Shown piece after piece: positions 1 to 12,892 of a stretch of DNA of 64,000 nt. The notes under the pieces are model-generated. The model saw only the letters and a list, made by a program, of their open reading frames with translations, did not search any database and was not told where the DNA came from. The position numbers and the translations under genes are program-made. The stretch is taken from the NCBI GenBank assembly GCA_964016885.1, contig OZ024741.1:19778001-19842000 (forward strand), read 5' to 3'. This DNA is from Eledone cirrhosa. Taxonomy: Eukaryota. Each line of letters opens with the position of its first letter. The stretch's first letter is position 1.

Positions 1-147
1 ATACCCAGAAATATTAGTGTCTCCAGTTCTGTTCACATACCAACATAAGAGCAAGAATGAAGGGTTCATTCTACTGACATGGCTATAAAATTGAGGTTTG
101 TTTGCATAATTACAAACGAATAGAATGTTATTATTAATGTTCGAAAA

Positions 148-325
148 GGGCGATGGATTGGCAGTATCGGCAGAGAGTCAGACGCCATGCTTTGACGCAT
201 AGAGTTACGGCCCTTGCCATTCTGAGTTCAAATCCCGCCGAGGTTAACTTTGCCTTTCATCCTTACGGGGTCGATAAAATAAAGTACCAGTAATGCACTG
301 GGTAATTGTGCCAAAAGTAGAAACA
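148..325 (+). mobile_element. tRNA-derived SINE with Deu/Nin-like core, full length, with 18-bp TSD
   Basis: Box B-like GAGTTCAAATCC, then core GCCTTTCATCCTTACGGGGTCGATAAAATAAAGTACCAG; ATTATTAATGTTCGAAAA is repeated at 130-147 and 326-343; about 10 copies in the window. Confidence 0.9.
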
Positions 326-1281
326 ATTATTAATGTTCGAAAAACTCAGATTACATTTATATATATACATATATGCATATATACATACATGTATATAAAG
401 AGAGAAGGCGAGCGGGATGAATAGACAGATAGAGAGAGAGAGAGATTTGTGATGTTTGCCAAATGAGTAATTAAACGGAACATTTGCTAGAAATAAATTA
501 TTGTGATGGGGTTGACAATTACCTCAAATCAATGAACAAGAAGAATACACGCGAGCCCAATTAATTTCTGTAGCTGGACCTACATATATATATATATGTG
601 TCTGTGTGTGTAGTGTCTCTCTCTCTATATATATATATATGTGTGTGTGTATGTGTGTGTCTATATATATATTGTATATATATCTCTATATATATATATT
701 TATATTAATACATTATATATACATATATGAATATATGTACATATATATGCATACACACACTCAGAGACGCCCCCCACCCGATATATATATATATTCAAAC
801 ACAATTTATATGTATATATAGTATGTAATCAATATATCAAACAGTTATATATTATGTATCCATCTTATATTTTCCTAGTAAATCAAACAGAAGCAGTAAT
901 ATCTTATATAAACAATATCGTTGTCAATAGAAAGTGAAAAGTGTTTGATAACAAAGATGGCAGACATGGCGTCAATTTCATGTTTAGAAATGTCACATAT
1001 ATATAAACCTTAATTTGATTGGTTAATTGCTTGACTGGCCGTTTGTTTCTCATTGGTTGCCAAACAATATAAAAGCCTATCCTTTGTGATGTCTAGAATT
1101 GAAGTTCTGTATGAATCATTTTCTTTTGGTCTACACTTTGATTGATATTTAGATGCAAGGATTGATTTCCTGAGGGAACAGGAATTGCAGACATGCTTGA
1201 AATACCAGCCCTGTCTGTGGAGGAGACGGATGTTTCGGTTCGTATCTTGACACCGGCATGTTTTTCCTGATAATAATTGTT

Positions 1282-1462
1282 TCTACTTTTGGCACAAAGC
1301 CAGCAATTACCCAGGACATTACTGGTACTTTATTTTATCGACCCCGTAAGGATGAAAGGCATAGTTAACCTCGACGGGATTTGAACTCAGACCGTAAATG
1401 GACATAACTATGCTAGAAAGCATGGTGCCCAACCCTCTACCGATACTGCCAATTCACCGCCC
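1282..1462 (-). mobile_element. tRNA-derived SINE, same family, with 20-bp TSD
   Basis: Reverse complement of the 148-325 element; TTTTCCTGATAATAATTGTT at 1262-1281 and 1463-1482. Confidence 0.9.
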
Positions 1463-1686
1463 TTTTCCTGATAATAATTGTTGGTGGTAAGATACTTAAG
1501 TGTCAACACAGTTCACTTAACTATGAGGAGGGACGTAGACACAACAATTATTAAGTTCAGGGTGTGATCCTTCTGAGTGATATATTGGGGCAAGAGCCCT
1601 TTATGCTAGCCAGCAATCGGTGCGGCGTTGCAAGTGAAATTTGGTGTACGGTAACTGTTTGGAAGCACGTCGGATAACTTGCACGT

Positions 1687-1834
1687 GACTAGAATTGTTT
1701 CATTGGAAAGAAATCAAGATTTCCTTTGAATGAAATAGTTCTAGTCCTGTAGAAGCCATTTCTATATTAAACATGATGTTTACTAATATATTGAGCACCT
1801 TACTTACTCTGGCTACCCCTGATTGAACCCGGGA

Positions 1835-1837
<3 letters not shown>
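1687..1837 (+). mobile_element. Solo PLE pseudo-LTR end fragment (HHR family C) with a short 5' inversion
   Basis: GAATGAAATAGTTCTAGTCCTGTAGAAG matches 3330-3360, 40370-40400 and 60215-60262; preceded by its own inverted copy GACTAGAATTGTTTCATT; ends in (TA)n. Confidence 0.65.
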
Positions 1838-1893
<56 letters not shown>

Positions 1894-1897
<4 letters not shown>

Positions 1898-2001
1898 TTC
1901 TGATACTGATACAATAAAATATAATTACATACATCTCTCTCTCTATATATATAGAGAGAGATGTATGTAATTATATTTTATTGTATCAATATCTGAAGGA
2001 T
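1894..2001. repeat. Near-perfect ~108-bp palindrome
   Basis: ATCCTTC..GATACAATAAAATATAATTACATACATCTCTCTCT pairs with AGAGAGAGATGTATGTAATTATATTTTATTGTATC..GAAGGAT around a (TA)n centre. Confidence 0.85.
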
Positions 2002-2024
2002 GAACTGCTAAATTGACATCGCTG

Positions 2025-2112
2025 GGGTTTGAACTCTGAATGTAAAGCTCTGTAATTAAATACCGTAACACATTTTCTCCAGCGCTCTACCGATTCCGTC
2101 AATCAACCGCCT
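2025..2112 (-). mobile_element. Diverged tRNA-like SINE head
   Basis: Minus strand reads AGGCGGTTGATTGACGGAATCGGTAGAGCG...GAGTTCAAACCCC (Box A and Box B-like). Confidence 0.6.
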
Positions 2113-2154
2113 TGCCAATCAACCACGCTCCCAATCTACGACATTCCAAATCGA

Positions 2155-2530
2155 CCAATCTCCCCCAACCTGCCAATCTCCCCCACCCTACCCCACCCTG
2201 TCGATCTCCCCCACCCTGACAATCTCCCCCACCCTACCAATCTCCCCCACCCTGCCAATCTCCCCCACCCTGACAATCTCCCCCACCCTACCAATCTCCC
2301 CCACCCTACCAATCTCTCCCACTCTGCCAATCTCCCCCACCCTGACAATCTCCCCCACCCTACCAATCTCCCCCATCCTACCAATCTCCCCCACCCTGCC
2401 AATCTCCCCCACCGTACTAATCCCCCCCCATGCCAACCCCCCCCCATGCCAACCCCCCCCCCCCTACCAATCTCCCCCCACCTTGCCAATCCCCCCCCAA
2501 GCTACCGATCTCCCCCACTCTGCCAATCTA
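2155..2530. repeat. 18-bp C-rich minisatellite (CCAATCTCCCCCACCCTG/A), about 20 units
   Basis: Direct tandem repeats; explains the WGRLVG and GEIGRV pseudo-ORFs. Confidence 0.9.
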
Positions 2531-2858
2531 TCCGTCCTCGAACTTGGTTTTAATAACATTTGACATCTAATTTATTTTTCTAACATTTTCCGCCATCAAC
2601 GATTTCAAGCTTTCGAGTTGTATATTATTGCTAGCCCTTCTTTCCTTTTGTGCTGTACTTATCTCCCCAATATCACAACTTTCTATTTATGTCAGATATA
2701 CTCTTACTGTCAGGGTCACTCTTACTGCTTTTACAATGAAATTTGTTATTATATATTTAACCTCTGTTTTCAAACATGACTTTTTGTCTCAACTTCAAAT
2801 ACATGCCAAGTGTTCTTCTTTTACCAACCTCATTTGCTCTTCTTATTTAATTCTGATT

Positions 2859-3052
2859 AGCAGTATCGGTGGATTGGCAGTATCGGTAGAGGGTCTGACG
2901 CCATGCTTTTCAGCAAAGAGTTACGGCCCTTTATGGTTTGAGTTCAAATCCCACCGAGGTTAACTTTGCCTTTCATCCTTACAGGGTCGATAAAATAAAG
3001 TACCAGTAATACACTGGGATAATTGCTGGCCTTGTGCCAAAAATAGAAACAA
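2859..3052 (+). mobile_element. tRNA-derived SINE, same family, with 16-bp TSD
   Basis: Same core; TTATTTAATTCTGATT at 2843-2858 and 3053-3068. Confidence 0.9.
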
Positions 3053-3094
3053 TTATTTAATTCTGATTGCATTGGTTGTGTACGATGTAATGCT

Positions 3095-3148
<54 letters not shown>

Positions 3149-3175
3149 AAAGAGAGAGAGAGAGAGCGAGAGAGA

Positions 3176-3382
3176 GAGTCCCCGGTTCAGTCAGGGGTAA
3201 CCACAGTTAGTAAGGTACTCAATATATTAGTAGAGTGTAGACATCAAATTTAATATAGCAATGACCTCTACAGGACTAGAACAATGTCATTCCGAAGAAA
3301 TCATCAGCAAAGCTTTCCTGGTGATTTCTTCGGAATGAAACAGTTCTAGTCCTGTAGAAGCCATTTCTATATTAAGCTTGAT
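3176..3382. mobile_element. PLE pseudo-LTR fragment with an inverted pair of family C HHR motifs
   Basis: TCTACAGGACTAGAAC..TCATCAG (minus) faces CTGGTGA TTTC TTCG GAAT GAAA CAG..CTG TA GAA (plus, 3315-3359); 3176-3281 is the reverse complement of 1738-1837. Confidence 0.7.
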
Positions 3383-3593
3383 AATAATTGCCGCGGAAAT
3401 GTTACCTTTTACTCAATTTTGCTGTCTGAAGAAATCACGATATCTATCGCCATGGAAATACGTATAACGGCTCAATTAATAAAAGACCATAACATCTTCA
3501 ACTTGGCATTCTCCTCTTTATATATATACTCCGTCATCCTTGTTTTTAAGGAAGTAATATGACGTCGAGTGCTTTAAGTGAATTGCAATATAC

Positions 3594-4135
<542 letters not shown>

Positions 4136-5248
4136 ATGTATGTATATATGTGTATATGTGAGTGTGTGAGAGAGATGAGGTGTATACGGGACAAAGAAAA
4201 AACTCCTTACGCGATCTATCGACCTTCTAAAAATGGCAGTTAAATCCCCCTCAAATTACACTCTCTCACTTCTTACAAAAACAAGAAATTAGTAGCGTGG
4301 TCCTTGTGGTACCAGATACATTGTGGGAATGTGGAAAACGGCGTAGACAAAGCTAGAACATCTTCGCTAAATCTGATTGATCAAGGTTGGGTAAAATGCC
4401 TGGGGTTAAACAACAACCAACGAACATCACCTTACCTTACAATCCTTACTAAAACAAGCCAACAAAAGACTCTATATATATGGAAGCTCTAGTTACTAGA
4501 AATAGCAGGCAATTCTTCATCAGAATAGTCATTATCATCTTTAAACCAAAGATATATTGGATAATTGTAAATTGAGATAAACTATATGGGGAAAGACGAG
4601 ATGGTCAGCGCCAGCATGTCTTTCATCATACGCCTGACCTACCAAGATTATTTAAACAATTTCAAGTTAACGTTTTATAGGAATATAACGTTTACCTCTT
4701 GTGAGGAAAGTTACCTTTGAAGCCCTGCTATCACATCCAGGGTCAGATGTGGTTTCTTTAAGTGTTTCATGCAAAATAACCCAAATGATAGGCCAACAAA
4801 GATATCTGACGCTCTACCAACGTGACCGTGTGAGAAATGTTATGAAGTCATTCCACTTGCTAGAAATAGCAGCCAAATCGCTCCGAAATCACATCCGACC
4901 ATCTTATGAAATGATAAAGTTATTCAACAAAAAGACTTTATGAACACGACTCAGGCAACTTTCATGATGACATAAGTTTCTTCGTTGTTGATCTATGATG
5001 GAAACAACAACAACAACAGTATTAACAGTACAACTACAACAACAGCAGCAGTATTAACAGTACAACAACAACAACTGTATTAACAGTACAATAACAAGAA
5101 CAACAATAATAAATAACAAGATAAGTATCAACCATCTGGATACTATCGATTTGTGAGATATCCATCGATCAATTACAAAAAAATAATCCCAGGACTTAAT
5201 AGGTTGTAACAATGGTTCAAATATTTGGTTTATATTAAATGTTTACAT

Positions 5249-5349
<101 letters not shown>

Positions 5350-5356
5350 ACCTATA

Positions 5357-5402
<46 letters not shown>

Positions 5403-5882
5403 TATATATATATACCTATATACTATATATATATATATATACATATATACTAGCTTTGAGTCCACGTGTGTTTTGTTATTTCAATTCAACACGCTGTTCT
5501 CTTGCCTGCTATTAAATTCCCTTCTGGCATCTTAGCAGTGGTTTTAGTTAACGTGTTGAGCACTGCTGAGGAACGATACCCGACCGTGATTAACTACACT
5601 GAAAAGTTTCGTGAAATAGTCTTTTAGGATTATATAGAGCATTTGTAGATTTCCCAAAATTGAAGGCTAAGTATTTCGTTCTTGATTTTATTTTGAGTAT
5701 GGTTTTTTCCCCAGCTTACACAAAATCTGAGGATAAAATTTTTCTTCTTGACTTGTTTTGAATTAGGATGAATTATTTATCGCATATCTTACGTTAAAAA
5801 TGTTTCATCTTGAGGCTATAGTCACTTATATGTCTGAATTATTGTCGGCTTTTTGCTTACATTAATTTCTCTATTTTCATTT

Positions 5883-5938
<56 letters not shown>

Positions 5939-6217
5939 CGTTGCTTCACGATCTTTGTTTGTTTACACTCTCGATGTTCCCTTTATTTACGTGTCCCAAC
6001 GACTTTTTTTAGCCGTTGCTCGCACCAAGCGGAGGTATATGGTCTTTAAAGCGAAGAAATACCGTTGATGGTTGGAAGATCACTGATGAAGGACCACTTT
6101 ATTCATATATATATATACATATATATATATATGTGTTTATCGCAATAAAGGGTCCCCAAATGCGATAAACACATGTGTGAAAATGCCCTCCTTCCTATAA
6201 CATTTAATTGTTATAAT

Positions 6218-6227
6218 TGGTGACCCC
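6218..6227 (+). promoter_or_regulatory. Primer binding site of the Gypsy element
   Basis: TGGTGACCCC 2 nt after the LTR end. Confidence 0.75.
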
Positions 6228-6484
6228 AACTAAGAACAACTTGCCTTGCAAGCATAGTTTTCCCGCGTACAGCTTGTCTTCTGAAATCCCAGCCATCTGA
6301 TTGGCTGCATCGTGCCACGTGACGGCGTCTTCACCAAAGCATTTTTTTTCTCAACCGGCCATCTTGGATTCTTCTACTGATTTCGATTGAATTCGCGTGA
6401 ACGGATTTCGGAGTTCCAGTGTGGCCTTTTGGTCGAGTGGCTGCTTCAGAGACATAGTTCGTCCTGGGAGATTCTTCGGCAATC

Positions 6485-7312
6485 ATGAATCAAAATCATT
6501 TGCCGTCCTTCGCAGGCGACATCAAGTTATGGTTTTTGCAGCTGGAATGTTTTTTTGATTTAACCAAAACCAAAGAACAGCATAAACTGAAGGTACTAGT
6601 TAGTGGCTTGCCTGTGTCGTTGGCATATTCCGTGAAGGACGTGGTAACCAATTTATCCGCAGACGTTACTTATTGCTCGTTGAAAGGGGAAATTATTCGG
6701 AGGAATACCAAGTCAGCGGAAAGTCGTTTTCGGGAATTGTTAGATGATGCGCATATGGGTGACAGGACGCCAAGCTCCTATTTGCGACATCTGCGGGAGT
6801 TGAGCGACTCCCAGGGGATGGACACCCCATTCCTCAAACAACTATTTTTCTCTCGTTTACCGCCAAGTGCGCAGATGGTCTTGGTCAATAATTTGGAGAC
6901 GGAATCGTTAGATCAACTTGCCGCATCCGCGGATAGAATACTAGAGGTGGACTCTAACAGCAGTCGGCATAATCTTTGTGTGGCTTCTTCTTCTGTTCCC
7001 CCACGCAATTCTTCTGTGGCCGACAGCAAACTGTTGGAGATGATCGAAGCGCTCACCAAAAAAGTGGAGGATTTGACCGTACAACAGAGAGAGCCTTCTC
7101 AACGTTTGAGGTACCGTTCGCCTCCGTCTGCTATTCCTCGAAACCGCTACGAGTACCGTTCGCCACCGTCTTCTGTTTCTCGCCAACACTACACTTCAGG
7201 CAGCAGTAATTCTTCGATTTGTTGGTATCATGTTAACTTAGGCAGTCGGGCGCAGCGCTGTCGGGCGCCTTGTAACTATAGGAGTTCGGAAAACGCCAAT
7301 CAGAGCCACTAG
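6485..7312 (+). CDS. gag: Gypsy Gag (275 aa)
   Basis: LPSF..WFLQLE, MGDRTPSSYLRHLREL, LFFSRLP and the C-terminal CWYH-x9-C-x3-C knuckle; slippery G-GAA-AAC at 7288-7294. Confidence 0.88.
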   Translation: MNQNHLPSFAGDIKLWFLQLECFFDLTKTKEQHKLKVLVSGLPVSLAYSVKDVVTNLSADVTYCSLKGEIIRRNTKSAESRFRELLDDAHMGDRTPSSYLRHLRELSDSQGMDTPFLKQLFFSRLPPSAQMVLVNNLETESLDQLAASADRILEVDSNSSRHNLCVASSSVPPRNSSVADSKLLEMIEALTKKVEDLTVQQREPSQRLRYRSPPSAIPRNRYEYRSPPSSVSRQHYTSGSSNSSICWYHVNLGSRAQRCRAPCNYRSSENANQSH

Positions 7313-10300
7313 GGGCGGCTAGTGAACTCTGGGAAACTCGACCAAACCGTCATCTTTTTGTGTACGATCTGCAGTCAAAAACATTTTTTATTGTCGACAC
7401 TGGCGCGTCACTAAGTATTTGGCCAGTCAGTTATCTTAAAAAAAACCCATCTGAATCAAATATCAATTTACGAGCAATCAACAACACAGCCATTCGAACG
7501 TACGGGCAAATTTCGCTTCCTCTTCGGTTTAAAAATTTGTGTCGTGAATTTAAGTGGAAGTTTACTATCGCCGACTTGCCATACGCCATTTTGGGAGCGG
7601 ATTTCCTCCACCAATTTTTCCTTGTCGATTGACATCCGCAGACAACGACTTTTTGATGCTAATACAGGCCTATCGTTCGAGGGTTCAAAGCCGGAGATCG
7701 CCACAGTAAGCCCTGCTTTTTTCTTGGCTGAAGTGGGCAGCCAGTATCACAGTTTGTTAAAATCATTCCTACAGCTGATGCAAGGAAGATTACGAATTGC
7801 TAGTCCGGATCATGTGATTGAACACTTTATATCCACTACAGGTCCACCTGTTTTCTCACGTCCTCGAAGATTATCTGCAGAGAAGTTGAAAGCTGCACGT
7901 CTTGAATTCGACCACATGCTGGAATTAAGAATAATTCGGCGTTCCACAAGTCCTTGGGCATCGCCTCTACATATGGTACTTAAATCTTCTGGTGATTGGA
8001 GACCGACGGGTGACTACCGACGCTTAAACGCGATTACTGTGCCTGACCGTTATCCAATCCCACATTTACAGGATTTTGCATCGTCATTGCAGAGTTGCAG
8101 AATCTTTTCTAAGCTTGATTTGATCCGCGCTTATAATCAAATTCCGGTTAAAAAGGAGGATATTCCAAAGACTGCTGTTGCCACTCCTTTCGGATCATTC
8201 GAGTTCCTCACTATGCCTTTCGGACTTAGAAATGCTGCAAGTACCTTCCAACGATTCATGGATGATGTCACTCGTGGTCTCGATTTTGTTTACACGTATA
8301 TCGATGATGTACTGATTGCTAGTTCTTCTCCTGAACAACATTCCAAACATCTGGATATCTTATTTCGGCGTTTACAGAAATATAATGTTCGTGTTAATGC
8401 CGCTAAGTGGGTTTTCGGCTCGACATCGCTAACATTTTTGGGCCATCTTATTGATGCCGATGGTATTCGGCCCCTTCCGGAAAAAGTTAAGGCAATTTTG
8501 AATTTGCCTCCGCCAAGTTCGCTTCGACAATTACGGCAATTCTTGGGCCTTGTGAATTTTTATAGGCGATTCGTGCCTAATTGTTCCAGCTTACTGTCCT
8601 CGTTGACAGAAATTTTTAAAAACAGTCGACAGAAGAATATGAACATTTCATTAAATGCAACGCACCTGGCGGATTTTGAGAAAGTGAAGAAAGCGTTAGC
8701 GACTGCATCTTTGCTCGCCCACCCCATGCCCAACGCCGAGCTGTCGCTCTGTGTTGATGCTTCGGATAGCGCCGTGGGCGCAGTCTTACAGCAGAAGTGT
8801 GAGGGTTACAGCAACCACTCGAGTTCTTTTCGAGAAAGTTAAAGCCTGCCGAAACTCGCTATAGCACCTTTGGCAGGGAGCTATTAGCAATTTATTTATC
8901 AGTGAAACATTTTGCTCATGTTCTTGAAGGTAGAACATTCACCATTTTCACTGATCATAAACCTTTGACGTTTGCTCTTCGAACTAAAGCAGACAAATAC
9001 TCGCCCAGAGAAACGAGACATCTGGACTTCATCTCACAGTTCACGAACGACATTCAACATATTCCGGGTTCTTTGAATACAGCGGCCGATGCGCTGTCTC
9101 GCCTGCCGATCACATCGATTTCGTCTTCCGAGGAGATAGATTTACATCGAATGGCAGCTGCTCAACCCACTCTCGAATCGTTGGATGTTACATCGCCAGA
9201 GTTTGTACATTGCAAACTGAAATACATTCCGATCTCAACTGCTGACGGACAAATACTGTGTGATGTTTCGTTGGACTCACCACGACCTCTAGTCCCAGTG
9301 GAACATCGACGAACTGTGTTTCTCGCTTTACATGGCATTTCTCACCCTGGAGTATCAGCCTCAGTAAAACTCATAACAGCCAGATTTTTCTGGCCTGATA
9401 TGAGACGTGACATTGCTGCTTGGTGCCGTTCCTGTGTCGCTTGCCAAAAGTCAAAAGTTTATAAGCACGTTAAAACTCCTCTCGGAACTTTCACCTGTCC
9501 TGATGCCAGATTCCGTCACATTCATGTGGACATCGTCGGCCCGTGGCCGATTAGTCATGGTTATTCGTATATTTTGACGATCGTTGACCGTATTTCGTGT
9601 TGGCCTGAAGCCATCCCTATGACAGATATCACTGCTGAAACGACAGCGCGTACTCTCGTATCTGCATGGATCGCTCGTTTTGGAGTACCAACCCCAATAA
9701 CAACAGACCGCGGTCGTCAATTTGAATCGAACCTCTTCCGTGAATTAACACAAATTATTGGCGCCACTCGCATAAGAACCACGGCATATCATCCAGCATC
9801 AAACGGAATGGTGGAAAGATTCCACAGGCAACTCAAAGCCTCCTTAAGGGCTTCTATGGACTCTTCACGTTGGAGCGAGTACCTACCTATTGTGTTGTTG
9901 GGTATTCGGTCGACGATAAAGGTGGACCTTGGGTTCTCCTCTGCCGAATTAGTTTATGGTACTCCTCTGGCGTTACCGGGGCAAATGCTGGCCCCTTTTG
10001 ACCTGACTTCGCAGGACCCCGCTTCCTACGTGTCCCGGCTTCATTCTTACTTCCAGGATTTACCACCGATGGACACTAGGAAGCAAACTGTAAAAACTGC
10101 CGTCCCAAGGGATATTGCCTTGTGGACACATGTGTTCGTTAGAGACGACGCCGTGAGACCCCTCTTCAACGGCCGTACTCTGGACCCTATCGTGTGCTTG
10201 CTCGCACAGACAAACATTTCACACTGGACATTCGGGGTTCCAGGGAAACGGTTTCCGTTGATCGTCTCAAACGAGCAAACCTGGACAATGACACAATGAC

Positions 10301-10415
10301 ACTTGAAACTCAAATGCCCCCTTCTTTTTCTTTGCCACATACGCCTATTTCTTCCCCCCCCCCCCCACCATCAACATACAGAACTACGACCCGTTCTGGG
10401 CGAAGGGTGCATTGA
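7290..10415 (+). pseudogene. pol: Gypsy Pol (protease, RT, RNase H, integrase) with ~3 frameshifts
   Basis: IVDTGAS; [26 protein letters not shown]; DASD..VGAVLQQ, TDHKPL; H-x3-HPG..C-x2-[25 protein letters not shown]; split over ORFs 7360, 7544, 8902 and 10194. Confidence 0.93.
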
Positions 10416-10876
10416 CCCCGTAAGCTATGCAGTAATATAAACTGAATTGTATTCTTTTCTTCTTCCAATCGTTTTTGCTGTATATTTCATTGTGTTGCTT
10501 TTTTATTCTTGACTGCCTACGGCAGTATCAATATATGTTATTTTTCGTAACATTACGACTGTTGTCAATTCTGACACAGTCCATTTTTTTAGTGCATTTT
10601 TATAGCTATGCTACATATGGCATTTTCATTGCCTAAAAAAAATTGTTTTTTGTGTTTATCGCATTTGGGGCCCCTTTATTGCGAAGAGTGTTATCTTTTC
10701 ATGCATTTTGCATCTTTTGCTGTACATTTTTTTTCTGTGTTGATGCTTGCAGACATGAACCTATTTCTTTTTTTTCATAATTTGTTGATACATGCTTCTA
10801 CATTTTGTAAACTACCTTGTGGGTTCTTCGCTTCATCGTTAACGATTTTTCGACAAAAAATCTGCTCCGAGGTGAA

Positions 10877-11084
10877 TGTAGTGACTGAGTTGGTCGCTTA
10901 GCAACCAGCAGTTGCCTCTCCTTAACAACTCTTCAGAGAGCGGAGGCAAGAGACCATCTCAGTCACTGACGCGGGTTTGAACACCACGTGAAAGGATTCG
11001 CTCCTTATAAATATTGACCATGCTGGCTTCGTAAAAAACACATGTGTGAAAATGCCCTCCTTCCTATAACATTTAATTGTTATA
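10877..11084 (+). repeat. 3' LTR of the Gypsy element (~208 bp)
   Basis: Starts TGTAGT, contains TATAAA, ends TGTTATA; end identical to the 5' remnant. Confidence 0.75.
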
Positions 11085-11094
11085 TATATATAGT

Positions 11095-12862
11095 GAAAAC
11101 TGGAACGGGAACGAAAACAGAGAGGCAGTACAAACAAAGGTTTATTAGTTTCACGCTTTTGAGAGTGGGGAGGGAACGACGTTCCGGCCATAAGACTTCT
11201 TCAGGAGAGAAGAGGGTGGGAAGAGAGTTCCGAAGGTGTGTGGAGGAGTGGGGGAGAGACATTTAGAAAAAAAGGGGGGAAACGGTGGGAGGGGTACAAA
11301 TAAAAATAAAAATAAACATAAAGATAAACAAGTGGTGGAAGGGTGTGGGGCGTGTAGGGGTGGTGGCGGGTGGAGTAGGGAGAGGGAGGCAGGGTGTCCG
11401 TGAGGGGAGGGCTGAAGGTGGTGTTTGTGCATGTGTGTAGGTGTACGTGTGTGTGTGTGTGTATGTGAATGTGAGAGTTGGGGGAAGAAGGAGGCTCCAT
11501 GTTCAGGAAAGGTGTGTGTGTACGTGTGGATGGGGAGGGGTCAGAGGGGTAGGGGAGGGAGTGTGAGGATTCCGGAGGCGAGTGTGTATATGTGGGGGTA
11601 CGCACGTGTGTGTTGGTGTTTATACGTGGTGTGGATGTGGGTGGCGTGGTTCCAAAAAAGATTGTGAGTGTATGTCCGTGGGTAAGTTCCTAAGGTAGTT
11701 CCGTGGAGTGTGCGAAGAGATGCTGGATATTTTTCATGTTATGGAGTGGATAGCTGGAACGATGACCGGTGGTGTGTAATCCGTTGGTTGTGGTGGTCGG
11801 AAGTGGGGAGATGTGAGGTGCGCGCACAACAGGAAGTAGTCAGAGGGTCAAGGCAGGATGAAAGCAGAGCAGTAGAGGAGAATGACAGATGGAGAAAGTC
11901 AGTGTGTGGTGAGGACTGTGTGTCTGTGTGTGTGGAGGTGCGGTGGACTGGGGAGAGGATGGGTAGGTGTGAAAGGTGGAGTGGGGAGCGGGTCATGTGG
12001 GGGGATGGGGTGTGTAGTGGTGTTAGTGGGATGTGTGTGTGTGAAGGGGTGTGGGTGGAGCGGGGAGAGGGAGAGAGAAATGGTGTAGGGGACGATGGAG
12101 GAAGTGTAGTGTACTGGTGTGTGTGTGTGCGTGTTTAGATGAGTGTGTGTGTGGTAAAGTGGTGTTAGTGGGTGTTAGTATACTGGTGGTGGGGAAAGGG
12201 TTGAATGCGGGGTGTTAGTGGGGGTTAGTAGTGGTTGGGTGTGTAGAGTGGGTGGTGTAGGTAGGGTGGTTGGAGTGGATGTGTGGGTGATGGTTAGTGG
12301 TGGTAGTAGGGTGTGTGGATAGTGTGAGTGCGTGTATATATGTACAGGTGGGTGTGTGCGTGATAAGAAGAGGGGTGGGGATGTTAGTATTGTTAGTTAT
12401 GGGGTGGGCCAAGGGGGTGGGTGGTGAAAAGGAGGAGTGTGTTAGTGTTGTTAGTGGGGGAAATATGTGTGGGGGGAGGAACAGGGCGGTCGAAGGTTAA
12501 AGGAATAGGGATGGGGAGTTCAGGCCGGGGGGGGGGGGTCTGTAGGGTGAAGATGGTGCGTTGTTCGACCGTGAGGCGGGCGGCGGGTGTTCCGTGGAAT
12601 TGGAGTAGGCCACAGACTGTGAGGTAAAGGGGAGCCAAAGTGGCGGGCGATGGAGGAACTACCGCCGAGACGAATATCCCGGAGGTGTTCGGTGAAACGG
12701 TCCGTCCGGTCTGTCCGACGTAGGTTGCGCTACACTCCGTGCAGCGAAGTCCATAGACTAGGTCTGGAGGAGGTGCAGTGGAAGGCGTGCCGGACAGAGA
12801 AAGAGTGGCCGTTGGGACCCTGGAAGGTGGTGGTGTTAGTGATATGAGGGAAGATGTGGCAA
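11095..12862 (-). mobile_element. Inverted, 5'-truncated PLE copy (GIY-YIG end plus 3' UTR/pLTR) related to the 12891-16820 element
   Basis: Minus frame LVYGLRCTECSATYVGQTGR..LTVCGLLQFHGTPAARLTVEQRTIF; the G-rich strand mirrors 15130-16820; degenerate HHR at 11174-11208. Confidence 0.85.
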
Positions 12863-12892
12863 CATATATATGTATATATATATATATATACT

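Larger units (their letters stand above)
6131..11084 (+). mobile_element. Ty3/Gypsy LTR retrotransposon, near complete, 5' LTR truncated
   Basis: gag plus PR-RT-RH-IN order; PBS TGGTGACCCC at 6218; 3' LTR 10877-11084, whose last ~49 bp recur at 6167-6215. Confidence 0.93.

Noticed and set aside
148-240. tRNA gene
   Set aside because: The Box A/B motifs belong to SINE heads followed by a conserved core and TSDs; no full cloverleaf
2136-2489. Repetitive WGRLVG / GEIGRV protein; CRISPR-like periodicity
   Set aside because: An 18-bp minisatellite with no unique spacers and no cas genes, in a eukaryotic context
4200-4945. Short ORFs 4304-4492 and 4701-4943
   Set aside because: No recognisable domain; the region contains decayed copies of a CTAGAAATAGCAGCCAAATC-like repeat, probably an old interspersed repeat
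5566-5622. CTGAGGA ACGA..TCGT GAAA TAG TC hammerhead-like motif
   Set aside because: No stem I pairing and a weak stem III; could be decayed or chance
6082-6105. CTGATGAAGGACC, the start of a hammerhead
   Set aside because: No downstream stem II partner or GAAA before the (TA)n; at most a truncated half
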